DNA of 64,000 nucleotides from the human T2T-CHM13v2.0 reference genome, Homo sapiens, in assembly GCF_009914755.1 (NCBI RefSeq), contig NC_060936.1. One strand, written 5' to 3'. The position numbers and the translations under genes were made by a program. The notes beneath the pieces were generated by a model, which was not told where the DNA came from, ran no database searches, and saw nothing but the letters and a program-made list of their open reading frames with translations. This document shows positions 61,617 through 64,000 of the stretch, piece by piece. Within the stretch, counting starts at the first letter, position 1. Each line of letters opens with the position of its first letter.

Positions 61617-62774
61617 TCAGAGGGGAAATAAAGGCAAAGTTGCATTAAGTGAAATATGAGGCTGACTAACAGGATGAATAATTAGTTTTCTACAATGCTG
61701 TCTGAAATGTCAAGTGCTTCTTTACCCATCCCCACATCTGATCCACCCCGGGAATAGGCAGAATTTAGTGTTCCCGGTTGACAGATGAGAGAACGGAAGC
61801 TGAGAGTCACTATGCTAGGAACTGGCAGACTGGAGACAAGAACCATGAGTAGAGGTCTACGTATGATGATGACAAATGCCAATTATCTGGGGGACAGACC
61901 AACTGTGGTGGAAATAATAGCAACACTGAAACTGACTCACTTATGAAAAAATTACCATGTCAACCTACAGGAGAGAACACACATCTGTTAGATTGTATCT
62001 ACAACGCGGGTACAAGGTCTTCTGCCAGCTTGAGGTGGTTGAACATATAAGTATAAATATGACTTTTAGAAAGCAAAAGAAAACAATCCTAGGATTATGA
62101 TTTTCTCATCCTAGCAAACCACATCGTACATGACACTCAAGAAAAATGTGAAACTATCCAAAATGTGGAAAGAGAATGTAAAGCCACTTGCACTGTAATA
62201 CTGGAAGAAGGGAGCAAAGAGCTCTGTAATGGGGAAGAAAGGTATAACATTTTTATTTGTATCCTACAAGAGAACTAAACAGACCAGAAATGACTTCTCT
62301 TATGATGACCCTGATAAGGTCAAGCCAATTTTCTTTTTCAGTCAAGACGGGAAACAACAAAAAAAGTCTCTAAAGCTCCTGGCAAGAGAGGTAGCCTTAG
62401 TGAGCATCCTGGCCAGATCACCAGATCAAACGGCTGGTGTGCAAGGGGGGAGTTGAATGTGGGCGTCAATGCTGCTGGGGAAATGTTTTCTGAATTCCAA
62501 GAGTTTAAGTCAGAGAAGACACAGCCACATCAAATATGCAAAACCATTTCTCCTGGAAACCTGCAGCCTTTGGCATCTGAAACTGGGCAGGAGTCCATTG
62601 AAGACAACCTGGCAGATACACTGCTCTAACGCATCAGGGGAACAAAAGCTGAGTAGAGCTCAGGGTGGTAAAGGTTTATAAAATCATCATCCTCTTTAAA
62701 AGGAAGGTTGTGTCAAATGTGCCTCTTTACTATTTCAACCAAAAACTAAAAGAGTCCCAGATAAACCAAAAACC

Positions 62775-63732
62775 TTTTTTTTTTTTTTTTTTTTTTTTTT
62801 GGGACTGGGTCTTGCTCCATCGCCCAGGCTGGAGTGCAGTGGCACAAGCTCATTGAGGTCTTGACCTCCTGGGCTCAAGCCAAATCCTCAGCCTCTGGAA
62901 TAACTGGGACCACAGGTACGTACTACCACACCTGGCTAATTTTTTTAATGTTTTGTAGAGACAGGGTCTCACTAGATTGTCCATACTGCTCTTGAACTCC
63001 CAGGCTCAAGTGATCCTCCCACCTTGGCCTCCCAAAGTGTTGGGATTACAGGGTGAACCACCACTCCTGGCCCAAAAACATTTTTAAAGACTGATTTAAT
63101 GAAAATTCTGTGGTTAGTATAGCCAATAAAAAGACTGACTTGGCTTTGACTTCCAGCTCTACTACCAAAACCCACGAGAGTGTGACAACCTCACCAAGCC
63201 TTAAGTTCTTCATCCATAAAATGGGGATAAAAGTTACACCTACCACATATGATTGTTATGAAAAGAAAGAGGTAGCAAGTAGCATATTTAGCACAGTCCT
63301 GGCATACAATAAATGCTCAAGAAACACTTCATAAATCGGAGACATTCTGAACAACTGTGTTTATAGTCTGTCGAACTTTTAGATGACAACAAATGTGTTT
63401 CAAAATATTGGATGTAATCATAAATTTGAATTCAGTCTATTTTGAACCATATTTTGATTAGTTTGGTTTAAACCACAATTTTCAATTATCTTTAACAGCT
63501 TTCCTTCATTATTCCAACTAAAAAAAAAAAATCACATAGACAGTTTTGGTTTGTTTGTTTTTGTTTGTTTGAGACGGAGTCTCGCTGTGTTGCCCAGGCT
63601 GGAGTGCAGTGGCACCATCTCGGCTCACTCCGCCTCCTGGGTTCAAGTGATTCTCCTGACTCTGCCTCCCAATTAGCTGGGATTACAGGCACCCACGACC
63701 ACACATAGCAAATTTTTTATTTTTAGTAGAGA
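62775..63732 (-). mobile_element. Two Alus in CORO1C intron (62775-63072; partial 63545-63732)
   Basis: Reverse-complement Alu motifs. Confidence 0.85.
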
Positions 63733-64000
63733 TTAATATAAAAAAGGGGCTTATAAAAATTCTCTTCCTTTTATTTGGAAGACGTAAGTATCAATTCTTT
63801 AATTGTGAGACCAGAACAGCAAGCGTTTTAAAAGTCCACATAAACACAGTGTTACACAAATGTTTGGTACGACCTTATATGTGATGATGTAGTGCTAATT
63901 ATTCTGTTGTTTGAAATGGCCAGTGGTCACTGAGTCTCAGAGGATATATTTGTTGACTAGCATGAGAAAAAAGCCTGTCCCTTAGGAAGCCTGCTAGCAT

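Overview
Human (primate) genomic DNA, recognisable as the 12q24.11 TMEM119-SELPLG-CORO1C locus, with all three genes on the minus strand. It holds the complete TMEM119 gene (non-coding exon 1, single coding exon, 283 aa). It holds the complete SELPLG/PSGL-1 gene (412-aa allele with 16 decamer repeats, two alternative first exons). It also holds MIR4496 and the last three coding exons plus 3'UTR of CORO1C. Intergenic and intronic DNA is rich in Alu, MIR, L2, old L1, solo LTRs (LTR8, MER31, MLT1, MLT2) and DNA-transposon remnants. Most notable observations: (1) TMEM119 and SELPLG share gene architecture and a similar transmembrane/juxtamembrane motif, suggesting ancient tandem paralogy; (2) several local templated duplications, including a composite inverted-plus-direct copy with junction microhomology and a 66-bp Alu patch traceable to a donor 8 kb away; (3) a 43-bp-stem hairpin in the last CORO1C intron; (4) a ~750-bp GGTTAG VNTR grown out of an L1 seed; (5) a palindromic bidirectional poly(A) signal and inverted Alus in the TMEM119 3'UTR. 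Repeat family names, reference alleles and percent identities come from recall and by-eye alignment and need RepeatMasker/BLAST confirmation. Most short ORFs in the track are repeat- or GC-derived noise.
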